In this document: in pieces, positions 8,310 to 18,939 of the stretch | Numbering within the stretch: position 1 is the first letter of the stretch | How the letters are laid out: each line of letters starts with the position of its first letter | Source of the DNA: Candidatus Bathyarchaeota archaeon | Lineage (GTDB): Archaea; Thermoproteota; Bathyarchaeia; Bathyarchaeales; Bathycorpusculaceae | Direction of reading: 5' to 3' | Assembly: GCA_963775895.1 (NCBI GenBank) | Contig: CAVZKL010000011.1 | Span: 1 to 64,000, forward strand | DNA length: 64,000 nucleotides | Program-made: the position numbers and the translations under genes | The notes under the pieces: generated by a model | Databases searched by the model: none | The model's input: the letters and a program-made list of their open reading frames with translations, nothing else | What the model was told of the DNA's origin: nothing

Positions 8310-8504
8310 GAACGCACCTTCACTCTATGTGACCAAAGGCAGTTAAAAATGTACTGTGGCTGGTTGGGGGAAAATTTTTGTCCCAAACACACAAGAATAC
8401 GCCTACGACTGCATTCCCTTCCCCTAACTTCCCCCTTTCTTTCTCTTTCTTTCCCATTACTGGAAAAACAAGGCAGGCACGCAGACAGACAAACAGACAC
8501 CCAA

Positions 8505-8514
8505 CGCGCGCGCG
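8505..8514. repeat. (CG)5 junction box
   Basis: CGCGCGCGCG between a low-complexity remnant (8420-8500) and the next gene. Confidence 0.7.
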
Positions 8515-8554
8515 AAATCTTTGAACACGGCCAACAGGGGGTTTTCAGCCTTCC

Positions 8555-9565
8555 TTATTCTTTCAGTTGTGAAGCCCCACAGTAAGGGCACTCTTCAGAG
8601 GCAATGGGAATTTCTCTGCGGCATTTGATGCACTCTTTGAGAAAACCTTTCGTTTCCGGGGCGAGGGATCTGCTTATGCGACCAAGTATCGGACCTAATC
8701 GAGCTTCAATTTTCGGCTTCACGGATCTTGCAGGTATGTAAGAGAGAGCTGCGGCAAAGACCCCGCAAAAGAGAATTGCCGTGCCATCTTCAAGTTGGGA
8801 AGAAACTTCCACGTCGTCAATATGAACTCCAGGGTAGAATGGAATTGTGACGTTTAAATCTCCATAATCTCCACTTTCAAGCTCCACTTCGAGAACCAGA
8901 TCAACGGCATATCCTCTGTCAAGGCGGTCACGCAATTCTGGATCGTCAGCGCCCCAAAAAATTGTGAAAGTGGAGTGTCTAAAGCTGATGTAAGACTCTG
9001 TTCCATTTTGTACGGTTGTTCCTCCGTCTTGATCGTAGATGGAACGGTAGTATTTGCCATTAGGCCAAAACTCAAGAGAGAACCAGACGGTTAGGTTTGC
9101 GTATATGCTTTTGTCAGTTTCAACATGAACTCCGTAGAGTTCATAATCCACCCAGGATGCGCCAATCGGGTAATTTACGTCCAAAAGATGCTGTTCCCAG
9201 CGTCCTCTATACCCAGTCTTCCCAGAAGTTATCCCATCATAATTTAAATTGATTGTGGCATCTGCAGGCGTAAAATAGGAGTAGTGATGAGCTCCTCCTG
9301 CTGGAACACTCGCAATTGAAAAGGCAACTCCAACGATTATGACTATGGTTATTGCTATGAGACCATAGAATATGCGCCTAGACCTCTTTAATGCTCCCTC
9401 AACGTTTGAATAGAGCATGAGTAGCGTCGCGAGACCAATGAAAAAGAGGGAAGAATACATTGCTAACAGAAAGAGTGGGCTATCTTTAGAAGCCACGTGT
9501 ACCCAGATGAAGAGTAAAACCAACAGAGGCGAAAGAATAAGGGTCCAGCCTACGCTTATCCCCAT
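8555..9565 (-). CDS. Membrane protein with extracellular domain and C-terminal zinc ribbon
   Basis: N-terminal TM helices, C-terminal CIKC...CPYCG. Confidence 0.75.
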   Translation of the reverse strand: MGISVGWTLILSPLLVLLFIWVHVASKDSPLFLLAMYSSLFFIGLATLLMLYSNVEGALKRSRRIFYGLIAITIVIIVGVAFSIASVPAGGAHHYSYFTPADATINLNYDGITSGKTGYRGRWEQHLLDVNYPIGASWVDYELYGVHVETDKSIYANLTVWFSLEFWPNGKYYRSIYDQDGGTTVQNGTESYISFRHSTFTIFWGADDPELRDRLDRGYAVDLVLEVELESGDYGDLNVTIPFYPGVHIDDVEVSSQLEDGTAILFCGVFAAALSYIPARSVKPKIEARLGPILGRISRSLAPETKGFLKECIKCRREIPIASEECPYCGASQLKE

Positions 9566-9734
9566 GAGGGCAACCCGCTATTAAAGTAGACAGCAAGTAG
9601 GATAATACCTTTTCTTCACCTATGGGAGAGTCTTGAAAGTCGACAGCAGAGAAAGGATGTTTCGTGGGAGATATCTTGATCTGACGCTGAGTTTAAATCA
9701 GAAAGCACCAAATAACGTACGGACTGAAACCTCG

Positions 9735-10322
9735 ATGTCGAAACGGGTAATACTGATAACCGGAACTCCGTGCATCGGAAAAACATCAGTCGCCCGCTTC
9801 TTGACCTCAAAACTCGACGCTTCATACCTGAACCTGACGGACCTTGCAACGAGCGAAAACCTGATCCTTGGCAAGGACAAAAAACGCAACTCACTCATCG
9901 TTGACGAGGTCAAAATGAAACGAAGAATCGCCAAAATAATCACCAACTCAAAAAAACAAAACCTGATAATCGACGGACACTACGCCGCCGTAGTAGTTCC
10001 GCCTAAACGCGTGACACGCGTGTTCGTCCTGAGACGAGACCCCGTCGAACTGCGAAAATTCATGATACGCTCCGGCTACTCGGATCGCAAGTTGTACGAA
10101 AACCTGGGGTCTGAAATCCTGGACATCTGTCTCGTCGACGCCCTGACCACGGTCGGCCCAGCAAAAGTTTGCGAGATAAACGCCACGGGCAAAACCGTGG
10201 AAGAGACGGGTGAAGAAATCCTGTTTCTCCTCAACCATCCTGATGATTGCGCCGTCGGCATCGTCGACTGGCTCGGCAAACTCGAAAGTGAAGGCTTGCT
10301 CGACGAGTACTTGAAAACCTGA
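9735..10322 (+). CDS. Adenylate kinase AK6/Fap7 family
   Basis: ITGTPCIGKT P-loop, IIDGH, VFVLR, K.YEN...EI. Confidence 0.9.
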   Translation: MSKRVILITGTPCIGKTSVARFLTSKLDASYLNLTDLATSENLILGKDKKRNSLIVDEVKMKRRIAKIITNSKKQNLIIDGHYAAVVVPPKRVTRVFVLRRDPVELRKFMIRSGYSDRKLYENLGSEILDICLVDALTTVGPAKVCEINATGKTVEETGEEILFLLNHPDDCAVGIVDWLGKLESEGLLDEYLKT

Positions 10323-10326
10323 CCGG

Positions 10327-10699
10327 TTACCTCATCCGCAACGTGATCTGTTGCGTCGTGAGCAGCGTGATTTTTCTTCGGTTTGCATAAGATTTTGCAT
10401 GGTCACTGAACTTGTCCCCAACAATTATCGGACTCGCCAACCCCGACGTCGGAGGAGGCCTTGTCAATGTTGATAATGATGTTCACACCTATGGTTCTGT
10501 TCCAATCTCTGATCCAGACTCCCTGCGTCACGTGCCCCTTCTGCACTGTGAGGTCGAACTTCTGCGTGATCCCGCTAAAACCCTCGAAAGTCGTAGCATC
10601 CTGTTCAACACTAAACCCTTCCTTCTTGAAGTAACGGATCACCTGCGGAAGCATCCGCGACGGCTGCGGTCCAGCGGCACCTTCAATGCTCAACGTCAC
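10327..10699 (-). CDS. Mrr-like restriction endonuclease domain protein (frameshift near 10443)
   Basis: GFSG...FDL, IRDW.RTIGVN; corrected C-terminus PIIVGDKFSDHAKSYANRRKITLL. Confidence 0.65.
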
Positions 10700-10762
10700 C
10701 CTTCTCCTGCGCTAAACGTTATCTAGTGCGACGTGGAAAAGGTTTTCGATAGGCGAAGAAAA

Positions 10763-10972
10763 TTGGCGCTCACACTCGTGGTCGTATGCTACCGATGCGG
10801 AGGTCTTCTCCTAGCCCAAGCCGAACAGAAGACCAGAACGTGCCCCTACTGCGGCCACACGGTCATCGTGCAAAAAGCGAAGAAGCTGGCTTCAGCGAAA
10901 AGCGCGGCAGAAGCTTCACAAATTCTGCGCAGACTCAAAAGTGCCGAGGCCACAAACCGACAAAGCGTATAG
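10763..10972 (+). CDS. DUF1922-like zinc-ribbon protein
   Basis: CYRCG...QKTRTCPYCG...SAAEAS. Confidence 0.75.
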   Translation: MALTLVVVCYRCGGLLLAQAEQKTRTCPYCGHTVIVQKAKKLASAKSAAEASQILRRLKSAEATNRQSV

Positions 10973-10980
10973 CTCACGCT

Positions 10981-11922
10981 TTATTTTATGATCTTCAGCA
11001 TCTCACACGTCCTGCACAATTTGCCAGTCGTGGGCTCCCCGCACTCGCTGCACTCCCGCAACCCCTCTTCATCAGCCAATTGCTCCAAAGCCGGACGAAT
11101 CCTCTCGATCGAATTGAAAATCGTAAACATCATCCCAGGATGCTTCTCCTCCAACGTGTCAAGCATCAATCGAGCATCGTTCCGCAAAGCTTCGGACGCG
11201 TAAGGACAAGGAGTATTCTGAAACTCTATCCCCTTCACGTACGCGTACAATGCGGTTTCTCTTTCAGGAACCTCACACAGAGGCTTTATTCTCCGAACCA
11301 GCTTGGGATGCACATCATCCGTGACCGGTTTCTCCTTCGCTATTCGCAAAACATCACCATGGAAAATGTTAAGCAGAACAGTCTGGGTCTCATCGTTAAG
11401 CGTGTGAGCCGTTGCAAGCTTGTCCGCCCCGATCTCCCTGGCCGCCGTATTGAGCGCTCTTCTCCGCAACACGCCGCAGAAGGCGCACGGAGTCTGCGTC
11501 ACCTTTCTCTTATCCTTCAAGCGATCAATCATCCGGTCAAAAGTGTAGCCGAACAGCTTCTTGAAAGAAACAGTGACGTGCTCCACCCCCAGCTTCCGAC
11601 AGTTTTCAGCCGCAATCTTCAAGGCCTCATCCCTGTACCCCTTGATCCCCTCATCAACCGTTATCGCCACAAGTTCAGCCTTAGGATAGTCACGCTCAAT
11701 CTTCCCCAGTATGTGCAGAAGACTGACGCTGTCCTTGCCTCCTGAAACACCCACCGCGATCTTGTCGTCAAACTCGAACATGCGATACCTCGCAATAGTC
11801 GCTCTGGTCTTCTCCTCTATGGACTTCACGAAACACTGTTTACAGAGTCTAACGCCAGAGTACGACCTGAAGAAGAACACTTCTCGACGACGGCACACAT
11901 CGCAGACACTCTTTCCCGCCAT
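10981..11922 (-). CDS. TIGR00269 / TtuA-Ncs6 family tRNA 2-thiolation protein
   Basis: SGGKDS PP-loop, CAFCGVLRR, CPY, N- and C-terminal Zn fingers. Confidence 0.92.
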   Translation of the reverse strand: MAGKSVCDVCRRREVFFFRSYSGVRLCKQCFVKSIEEKTRATIARYRMFEFDDKIAVGVSGGKDSVSLLHILGKIERDYPKAELVAITVDEGIKGYRDEALKIAAENCRKLGVEHVTVSFKKLFGYTFDRMIDRLKDKRKVTQTPCAFCGVLRRRALNTAAREIGADKLATAHTLNDETQTVLLNIFHGDVLRIAKEKPVTDDVHPKLVRRIKPLCEVPERETALYAYVKGIEFQNTPCPYASEALRNDARLMLDTLEEKHPGMMFTIFNSIERIRPALEQLADEEGLRECSECGEPTTGKLCRTCEMLKIIK

Positions 11923-12123
11923 CTAGACTACCATCAAACTCATTATTTCGTTTGCCGAAGATAAAGAAAAGACTCGCGTATAAGTCGGTTACGCGCACCG
12001 TTCTCCCCGAAACCGAACCAATAAGAAACTGAAGCACAAAAGATCAGACGTATGGTTTGCCTCGCTGACAGTCACAACTCTTTAATAACATGCTGAAAGA
12101 ACTAAAGGCAAAAGGAGGAATCA

Positions 12124-13447
12124 ATGAAAATGTTCAAAGCAAAACTAGTGGCAAACGCAATCATACTTGCATTATTGTTCAGCCTCGCTCTCCAAGTAAC
12201 AATGTTCGGCATTTCAATTTCAAACAAGAAATTCTCAGGAACCGTCTACGCAGCCACAGGAGTACCAGTCTCCGGAGCAATCGTATCTGCCCATGGCGAC
12301 AACGGTTCAGGAGGAGCAACAACAGACGCCTCAGGAAACTATACCATCAACAGCGGTTTGCCGAACGGTACCTACAAGGTCTCGGTCTACAAACAAGGAT
12401 ACTTAGTTGGCGAAAATCGACAACGTTAACGTGACAGTAGGAGTCGTGACCACGGGAACAAACCTGTACCTGAACCTTTCTGGTGCGATATTGGGAAAAG
12501 TCTCTGACAACACCACAGGCAACGGCTTATCCGGCATCTTCGTGGCCGCAACTCTGTCAGACGGCAGCGGAACGTACGGTTCTGAGGCCACGACCGATGC
12601 CCAAGGAAATTACGAGATGAACACAGATTTGGGCACAGGAACGTACAACGTGACCGTTTACCTGCCCACAGGCTACTTCGGAATGACAGTTAGCCCCGTG
12701 TCCGTCATGGCAGGATCGAAAATGACAGGAGTGAACCTTTCCCTTCACCGATCAGGCATAATCTCAGGACACATAACGACGCCTTTGGGCGTACCCATAG
12801 CAAACGTAACCGTCGCTGCTACCAATGCTGGCTTCACCTACTTCGGCACCAACACGACAGACGCAACAGGAGCATACCGAATAGAAAGCGGACTTGGAAC
12901 TGACAACTACACCGTGACGGCATTATCTGGCTTGTCCCTAAACATGACCAGCGCGTTGGTGACCGCTGGACAAGAGACCCCCAACGTTGACATGCAACTC
13001 TCGATAATCGCACCGCCACCGTCATTCTCAGGAACGATCAAGGGTAAAGTGACAGACACAAGCAACACCCCAATAGAAGGCGCAAACGTGCAAGCAATTG
13101 GTAACACTCATTTTGCCTTCGGCAGCGCAACAACCGCCAGCGATGGCACCTACACGATATCCAAAGGATTATCATCCACCGATACGTACAACGTAACCGC
13201 ATCCGCCAGCGGCTACACTAGTCAAAGCCAACCAAGCGTAAACGTCGTCGTAAACCAAACCACATCAAACGTGAACTTCCAACTAACACAGATACCCCCA
13301 AGTCAATCCGGAAGCATATCAGGAACCGTGATGGGAGACGCAAACCCGATCCCCGAATTCCAGTACCCAATAGTCGTGATGCTTTTCATAACACTAGTTG
13401 CAGTCGCAATCGCAAGATCTCGCAAACCCAAAACCAAATACCCATAA
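12124..13447 (+). CDS. Cell-surface protein with carboxypeptidase-regulatory-like repeats and PEF-CTERM sorting signal (frameshift near 12408)
   Basis: Signal peptide, repeated TTD..G.Y....L..GTY.V units, C-terminal PIPEF-TM-basic tail. Confidence 0.85.
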
Positions 13448-13521
13448 ACTGCCCACAAACGCCAACCTCTTTCTCCCTCTTTTTATCAATAAACTATTCA
13501 TCCAACCCAGACCAGACAATT

Positions 13522-14265
13522 ATGACCAAGCGTCTTCGCAAGAGGACCCAAAAAATGGCCAAAAAACCCACAAGACTATCCGAGTTCAAGACCGTAGTCT
13601 ACTCCAGCCAACGATGGACCCTTCTCCAAGAGTTGAGAAGAAAAGCAAGGCAGATAATGGAGCCTCTAGACGCCTCCCACCTCGAAGCAGTCGTGCATGG
13701 CAGCATAGCCAGAGGAGACGTCTCATCGAAAAGCGACATCGACATCTTCATTCCCTCTCCATCATCCTCTTTTGCCGTGGAGATCTGCCTAGAAAAGCAT
13801 AACATACCTGCCAACAGACGACTGGTCGTTCAAGCAACCCCAAACTACACGATGAAAGCTCACATAGAAATCGACGAAAACACAACCGTGACCTTCCCAC
13901 TCATGAAGATGCGAAAGACCGAAAGAGAATTCTACCGTTTCGGCGGCGAAGCCAACTTGGAGCGATTGAAGAAAAACCTGCGCGTACCAGGAGTGGACAA
14001 ACGCTTGATGCTCATCGAACCAACGGACAAGGGACACGTGGAAAGCGCGATCACAGGCCGCGAGGAACAAGTCGCTCACACTCTGGGCATCTCTGTCGAA
14101 ACCGTGTCGGACCGCGTTCACGCATTGTTAAGAAGAGACGAGATCGGCAGAACCGGAGTCTTCATCAAAGAAGAACTGTCTGAGGGCGAAACGTTCGAGA
14201 TGCTGCTGGAAAAACTGGCCAGGAAGAACCCTGCGGTTCGCAGACGATTAACGAGTCAAAAATAA
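13522..14265 (+). CDS. Pol beta superfamily nucleotidyltransferase (COG2413-like)
   Basis: HGSIARGDV...SDIDIF, EREFYRFGG, VPGVDKRL, RRDEIGRTGVF. Confidence 0.85.
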   Translation: MTKRLRKRTQKMAKKPTRLSEFKTVVYSSQRWTLLQELRRKARQIMEPLDASHLEAVVHGSIARGDVSSKSDIDIFIPSPSSSFAVEICLEKHNIPANRRLVVQATPNYTMKAHIEIDENTTVTFPLMKMRKTEREFYRFGGEANLERLKKNLRVPGVDKRLMLIEPTDKGHVESAITGREEQVAHTLGISVETVSDRVHALLRRDEIGRTGVFIKEELSEGETFEMLLEKLARKNPAVRRRLTSQK

Positions 14266-14268
14266 CTC

Positions 14269-14835
14269 TCACTTTTCAGTGTAGAAAATGAGGTCCTGCT
14301 CTTCCAAAATGCCCTGAAGCTTATCGACAGCCTTGTAAACGTCCTGCTCTTTCTTGGCACCCACGCAGACAAGTTTGCCAGCCGAGAATATCAGGAACAC
14401 CACCTTAGGATCCTCCATCCTGAAGACAGCTCCAGGAAACTGCTCGGGCTCGTACATGACCTTCTTAAGCTTGTAAACAACGTTCTCCAAGTCTATCTCG
14501 CCGTTCAATTCAGCGCTCGCAACGATGTTCTGGATGGTAATCACAGGCTTGTTGGCAAGAGGAATCCCGTGACTTCTCAGTTCCCTCACCACCTTATTCA
14601 CCGCCTGAATAGCCTCCTTCTCCGATTTCGCACCCGTGCAAACCATCTTGCCAGTCTCGAAAATCAGCGTCGCCGTCTTCGGCTTCTTAATCCGAAAAAC
14701 CAACCCCGGAAACACTCTTGGACTGTACTCTGCAAACGGAAACTTCTCCACTATCTTGGTCAGACTGATCCTCTGGTTGAGCGCAGCCGATGCAACGATG
14801 TTTTGAATGTGAATCGTGGGTTTTCTCTTCGCCAT
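14269..14835 (-). CDS. tbp: TATA-box-binding protein
   Basis: Two repeats of NIVAS...FPG.VFR...LIF..GK.VC.GAK. Confidence 0.97.
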   Translation of the reverse strand: MAKRKPTIHIQNIVASAALNQRISLTKIVEKFPFAEYSPRVFPGLVFRIKKPKTATLIFETGKMVCTGAKSEKEAIQAVNKVVRELRSHGIPLANKPVITIQNIVASAELNGEIDLENVVYKLKKVMYEPEQFPGAVFRMEDPKVVFLIFSAGKLVCVGAKKEQDVYKAVDKLQGILEEQDLIFYTEK

Positions 14836-15079
14836 CCATTTTCATCTCAAACTAGCTTGAGGATATAGAAGCCCTTTATATAATACATTTTGCATCGACA
14901 AAACCGTTAAAGCACGCACACAAAAAAATGAACCTTTCACGGCAAAACAAGTGAAGTTACTCAACCGTTGAAATGATAATGCACCCCGCAAGTCAACGTG
15001 ACTCAGGCTCCTATCATCGTCCAGTCTCTAACATTTCGAGCACCGCCAGTTCGCCGCGTGCGTGACTTTCGCGTCGCTG

Positions 15080-16165
15080 TCAACTTATCGGGAAACGAAG
15101 AAGCGCGGCGATGCCGCCCAGACTGAAAAGTTTTGAACCCGCCTCGTGCTCGGTGCTAACTATAAGCGTCATTCCTCTGCCCTTTTGCTCAACAGTGTTC
15201 ATCACATCTTCGATTCGCAACCGCTTCTCATCATCAGAATTGCGAAGCACGTTGTCAGCAACCATCAGCGTCTGTACGGCGCCAAGCTTCGCTGCCGCTT
15301 CAACTTCATCAAGTCCGTAAGCAACGTTTGTCTCGCTCTTCCCAAGTCTTTTCAACACTTCTTCAACCGCTGCCGCTTCCTCCGAAACTCGCAACTGGTT
15401 CACGGTCTTGAGCAATATGCCCGAGCGCAACGCTTCGGATATCCCCGAGGATCCACCGCTGTTGACGCTCTTGACGTCAACGACCGATTTTGCCAATTCA
15501 GAATCCTCGTTTCTAACGAACGCTGCAAAGTCATCCTTCACGAATCCGACCCCGATTATTGCGATCGGACTCCGCGTCTGCTGCCAGACCTGACGCAGAC
15601 TGCTGAGTGCCCCTCTGAAGTACACGTTCGTCGCAGCGTTCCTCTTGTCTTCCTCCAGTTTTCCAGGAAGCTTAACTCTCTCCTCGACCTTTTGGTCAAT
15701 CCCATACTGCGCCGTGGTGGCTATCGCGTATCCCTCATCGTCAATCGAAATGATCAATACGGGTTTCTCAGAGGTCCTGCTTGCTCTCTTCAACCTTTCC
15801 AGATCGTGCTCTGCCCATCTCTTCTTCACGACAGTCATCGGCGTGTTGAGGGTGATGTTCAACGTGTGATGTGCGCCTCCGGGAACGTCCTCCGGCCCCT
15901 CCCTTATGACCCCGTGGACTCTGAGCCTGCCCAGAAATTTGTCCCAATCAACTTCTTCAACCTCGATACCCAAAAAAACAGGGATCCTCTCTCCACGCTT
16001 GGGTCTGCCATACTTCTCGTCAGACTTTATCTCACGAGTCGTTCGCGCATAAACCAGATCGCCCTTGCGTACGACATTGTACAAGTGCCAAAAATCATCC
16101 AGCGTTTCCGGAACAATCTTCACGAATTCTTTCTTGCGGTCTACCGCCAGAATCCTCAAGACCAT
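15080..16165 (-). CDS. pelA: mRNA surveillance protein Pelota (Dom34)
   Basis: PETLDDFWHL, RLRVHG, HHTL, LPGK, YG..EV, LGGIAALLRF. Confidence 0.95.
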   Translation of the reverse strand: MVLRILAVDRKKEFVKIVPETLDDFWHLYNVVRKGDLVYARTTREIKSDEKYGRPKRGERIPVFLGIEVEEVDWDKFLGRLRVHGVIREGPEDVPGGAHHTLNITLNTPMTVVKKRWAEHDLERLKRASRTSEKPVLIISIDDEGYAIATTAQYGIDQKVEERVKLPGKLEEDKRNAATNVYFRGALSSLRQVWQQTRSPIAIIGVGFVKDDFAAFVRNEDSELAKSVVDVKSVNSGGSSGISEALRSGILLKTVNQLRVSEEAAAVEEVLKRLGKSETNVAYGLDEVEAAAKLGAVQTLMVADNVLRNSDDEKRLRIEDVMNTVEQKGRGMTLIVSTEHEAGSKLFSLGGIAALLRFPIS

Positions 16166-16257
16166 CAGCTTCCCAAAGTGAACGTTCAGCATTCAATACC
16201 CTCGTTCGCATATTAAAGTGTAGACAAATCCTGCAAAAGTCAAAAATCGGGAACAAC

Positions 16258-16268
16258 GGCGCGCGCTA
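16258..16268. repeat. GGCGCGCGCTA junction box
   Basis: Between the core gene pelA and the accessory FAH pair. Confidence 0.7.
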
Positions 16269-16403
16269 CCTTGAGGCTCTGGAAGGCTCTTCAATGAGCT
16301 GTAATGGGCCGATGAAATCACGCGCTAAGAATTAATGAAAAGCGATAAATAATCCTGAAAGGAAGATTATGATATTCGCACACCGGGAAAAGTGAGAGGA
16401 AAT

Positions 16404-17434
16404 ATGAGACTTGTTCAATTTTTTCTGCCTAGAAATGGAAGACGGATTGGACAAATTGAAGGCAAGAACATCCTTGATCTGACAAGCATTAATGCTAAAT
16501 GGACCCACCTATATCATCTCTTCTTTGAGGGCCAATAGAAACAAGAAGACTATCGCAACATATCTTGATGGATTCCCACTACACAATAGCGTAACTTTGC
16601 CCTATGAGCAATTGCTCGAGACGACGGCCGGGGGACGAAAATGGGTGGATTCTGCCTCCGCTTGACCACCCCGATCCTGCTCACTGCATGATTTCGGGAA
16701 CTGGATTGACACATTTGGGCAGTATGGAGCAAAGAGTCAAGATGCATACACTTGCTAAAGAAAGTTCTAAGACCGACTCACAGAAAATGTTTGAAATGGG
16801 TCTTGCGAGAGGCAAGCCTGAGTTCGGATTGCGTGGCATTCAGCCGGAATGGTTCTACAAAGGAACTAGCGCTGTTTTACGGGGCCACAGAGACTTTCTA
16901 GATATTCCTGAATTCACGGAAGATGGGGGCGAAGAGCCGGAAATTGTCGGTTGTTATTTGATCGATGATGAAGGCAATCCTTGTCGTGTCGGCTTTGCCA
17001 TTGGCAACGAGTGGTCAGATCACCGTGTAGAGAAAATGAATTATCTTTGGCTGGCTTCGTCCAAACTACGGACTTGCTCAGTCGGACCAGAACTGATAAC
17101 TGATCAAAGTTTCAAAGACATACGGGGGAGATGCCGCATTCTCAGGAAGGAACAAGAGATGTATGACTCGGGTGAACTCCTGACAGGCGAGGACCATATG
17201 AGCCATAGTCTCGCTAACCTTGAGGATCACCATTTCAAATATCCTCAATTTCGCATCCCTGGTGACGTCCATTTGCACTTTTTCGGGACGATGCGATTGT
17301 CTTACCCAAACCGGCCTCGTTTTGAAACGGGCGACAGAATTGAAATCAGTTTTTTCAATATGGGTTGTTCGCTTGTTAACTATGTCCGTAGATTCGCTTT
17401 TTCCGAGATCGCTACCACCGTAAAACAGGGATGA
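16404..17434 (+). CDS. AraD1/GguC-type FAH family protein (frameshift near 16530)
   Basis: MRLVQF start, DHPDPAHC..SGTGLTHLGS, QPEWFYKG, DGGEEPEI, GNEWSDH, SKLR, PGDVHLHFFG. Confidence 0.85.
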
Positions 17435-17503
17435 TGTTTACCGAGCTATGACCTTACCAACCTGCCATGCTAGGTGCACGTGCCCAAGTCGCTGCGCGTC
17501 CGT

Positions 17504-18433
17504 TCAATAGGTCTCTAGTCTCCTCACTCGGTTTCTAAGAGTGCCTATCTTCTCAATTTCTATCTCAACGGTATCGTTTTCTTGAAGTGAAAAATCATCA
17601 GGCGGAACTATGCCTGTTCCTGTTAGACAAGTTGTTCCGACAGGCATCGGATTGTATCTACACAAGAAAGATCTTAGTTCTTCTATGCTTCTCTTCATTC
17701 GTGAAGTGTTGAAAGATTTGAGGAATATGCTTTCTCCTGCCCTAAAAACCTGACATTTGACTTCGAGTCTTGGTTCCAGACCCACTTCATCAATCGTAAC
17801 TATTGATGGGGCGAGCGCACAGCAGCCTTTGTAGATTTTGGCCTGTGGCAAGTAAAGAGGATTTTCCCCTTCTATGTCTCTCGCTGTAACGTCGTTCCCA
17901 GCCGTGAATCCTACTATGGCGTTGTCTGGTCCGAGAATGAACGCGAGTTCAGCTTCTGGGACACTCCACTTCGAATCGCCTCTCACGCATATTTCTTCAT
18001 CAGGGCCGACATAGCGGCTGGATGTCGCTTTGAAGAACACTTCTGGCCTCTTTGCGGCGTATGCTAAGTCATACACTCCTTTGACTCCCGTTTCAGTCTC
18101 TCTTGCCACACGGCTTTTCTCGTATGTTATGCCACAGCCCCAGACTTCAGGCGGATCCAGTGGCACGACAAATCTTACGCCGTTCGCATCCAATTTGTCA
18201 GAGCGTCCAATCTGGGTTCGAGGCAGTTTGGCGAGGTTGCCATGCAAGCATTCTGTTATGACATCTTTTAAACTGGTCTTCTTTCCAGAAGCAACAATCG
18301 CTAAATCGACAAAGGATCTGAAAGACACTCCGTCCAGACGAGTCAGATCAATTACTTTGTCCTCAATCCACAGCCCCATACGTAGGCCTTCACGTGACTC
18401 ATACCGGACTATCTTCATCTGAGGTCCCACCAA
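17504..18433 (-). CDS. FAH family protein, 2-keto-3-deoxy-pentonate dehydratase-like (XylX/KdaD)
   Basis: EVWGCGITY..SR.AR, RPEVFFK, PEAEL, GNDVTARDIEGENPLYLPQAK, TGTGIVPP. Confidence 0.88.
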   Translation of the reverse strand: MVGPQMKIVRYESREGLRMGLWIEDKVIDLTRLDGVSFRSFVDLAIVASGKKTSLKDVITECLHGNLAKLPRTQIGRSDKLDANGVRFVVPLDPPEVWGCGITYEKSRVARETETGVKGVYDLAYAAKRPEVFFKATSSRYVGPDEEICVRGDSKWSVPEAELAFILGPDNAIVGFTAGNDVTARDIEGENPLYLPQAKIYKGCCALAPSIVTIDEVGLEPRLEVKCQVFRAGESIFLKSFNTSRMKRSIEELRSFLCRYNPMPVGTTCLTGTGIVPPDDFSLQENDTVEIEIEKIGTLRNRVRRLETY

Positions 18434-18864
18434 CTCGGTAGCCTAGAGATATGTTGCTTCAAAGAATTTAGATTTTCGCAAGCTTTCTCATAAGACTCGG
18501 CAGCTCCAACCCAGTCATACTCCTTTTCCAATCGTTCAGCGCGCGGCGCCAATACTTCTTCCCATGTTTTCTGAAACCCTTCACTACCGAAACGTGAATA
18601 CAACCTCATAATAAGGTCTGTTTGTCTCGTTTTGACTTCACGTTGGCTTGGATATGACTTTGCGACCAAGAAGAGAAAAACCCTTTAGTTAGAAAGGAAC
18701 AATTGGCTGTTATGCCAAAAATTGATGCTTTTGATGGAGCCATCATGGATAGCCCGCCTATGGTAGTCTACAAGGCTAGTTTGAAGGAGGCAGCAGGGGT
18801 CACACATTGGTGGATGCCTCATTTTGAATCGAAGCTAAGAGGGGATATACCAATCGACCGCGAG

Positions 18865-18874
18865 GGCGCGCGCC
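18865..18874. repeat. GGCGCGCGCC junction box
   Basis: Just upstream of the probable AOR start. Confidence 0.65.
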
Positions 18875-18939
18875 AGTCGAAAAACCTATTTGCACGTCCC
18901 ATCAAGCTTGTCTCTCCAAACTTACGGAAGTGCCAGCCC

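Noticed and set aside
10786-16216. Long antisense ORFs such as 10786-11745 and 15146-16216
   Set aside because: They lie opposite well-supported genes and show no recognisable motifs.
18703-18939. 79-aa N-terminal extension of AOR
   Set aside because: No AOR-like sequence, and it crosses a junction box. The TTG at 18940 is the more plausible start.
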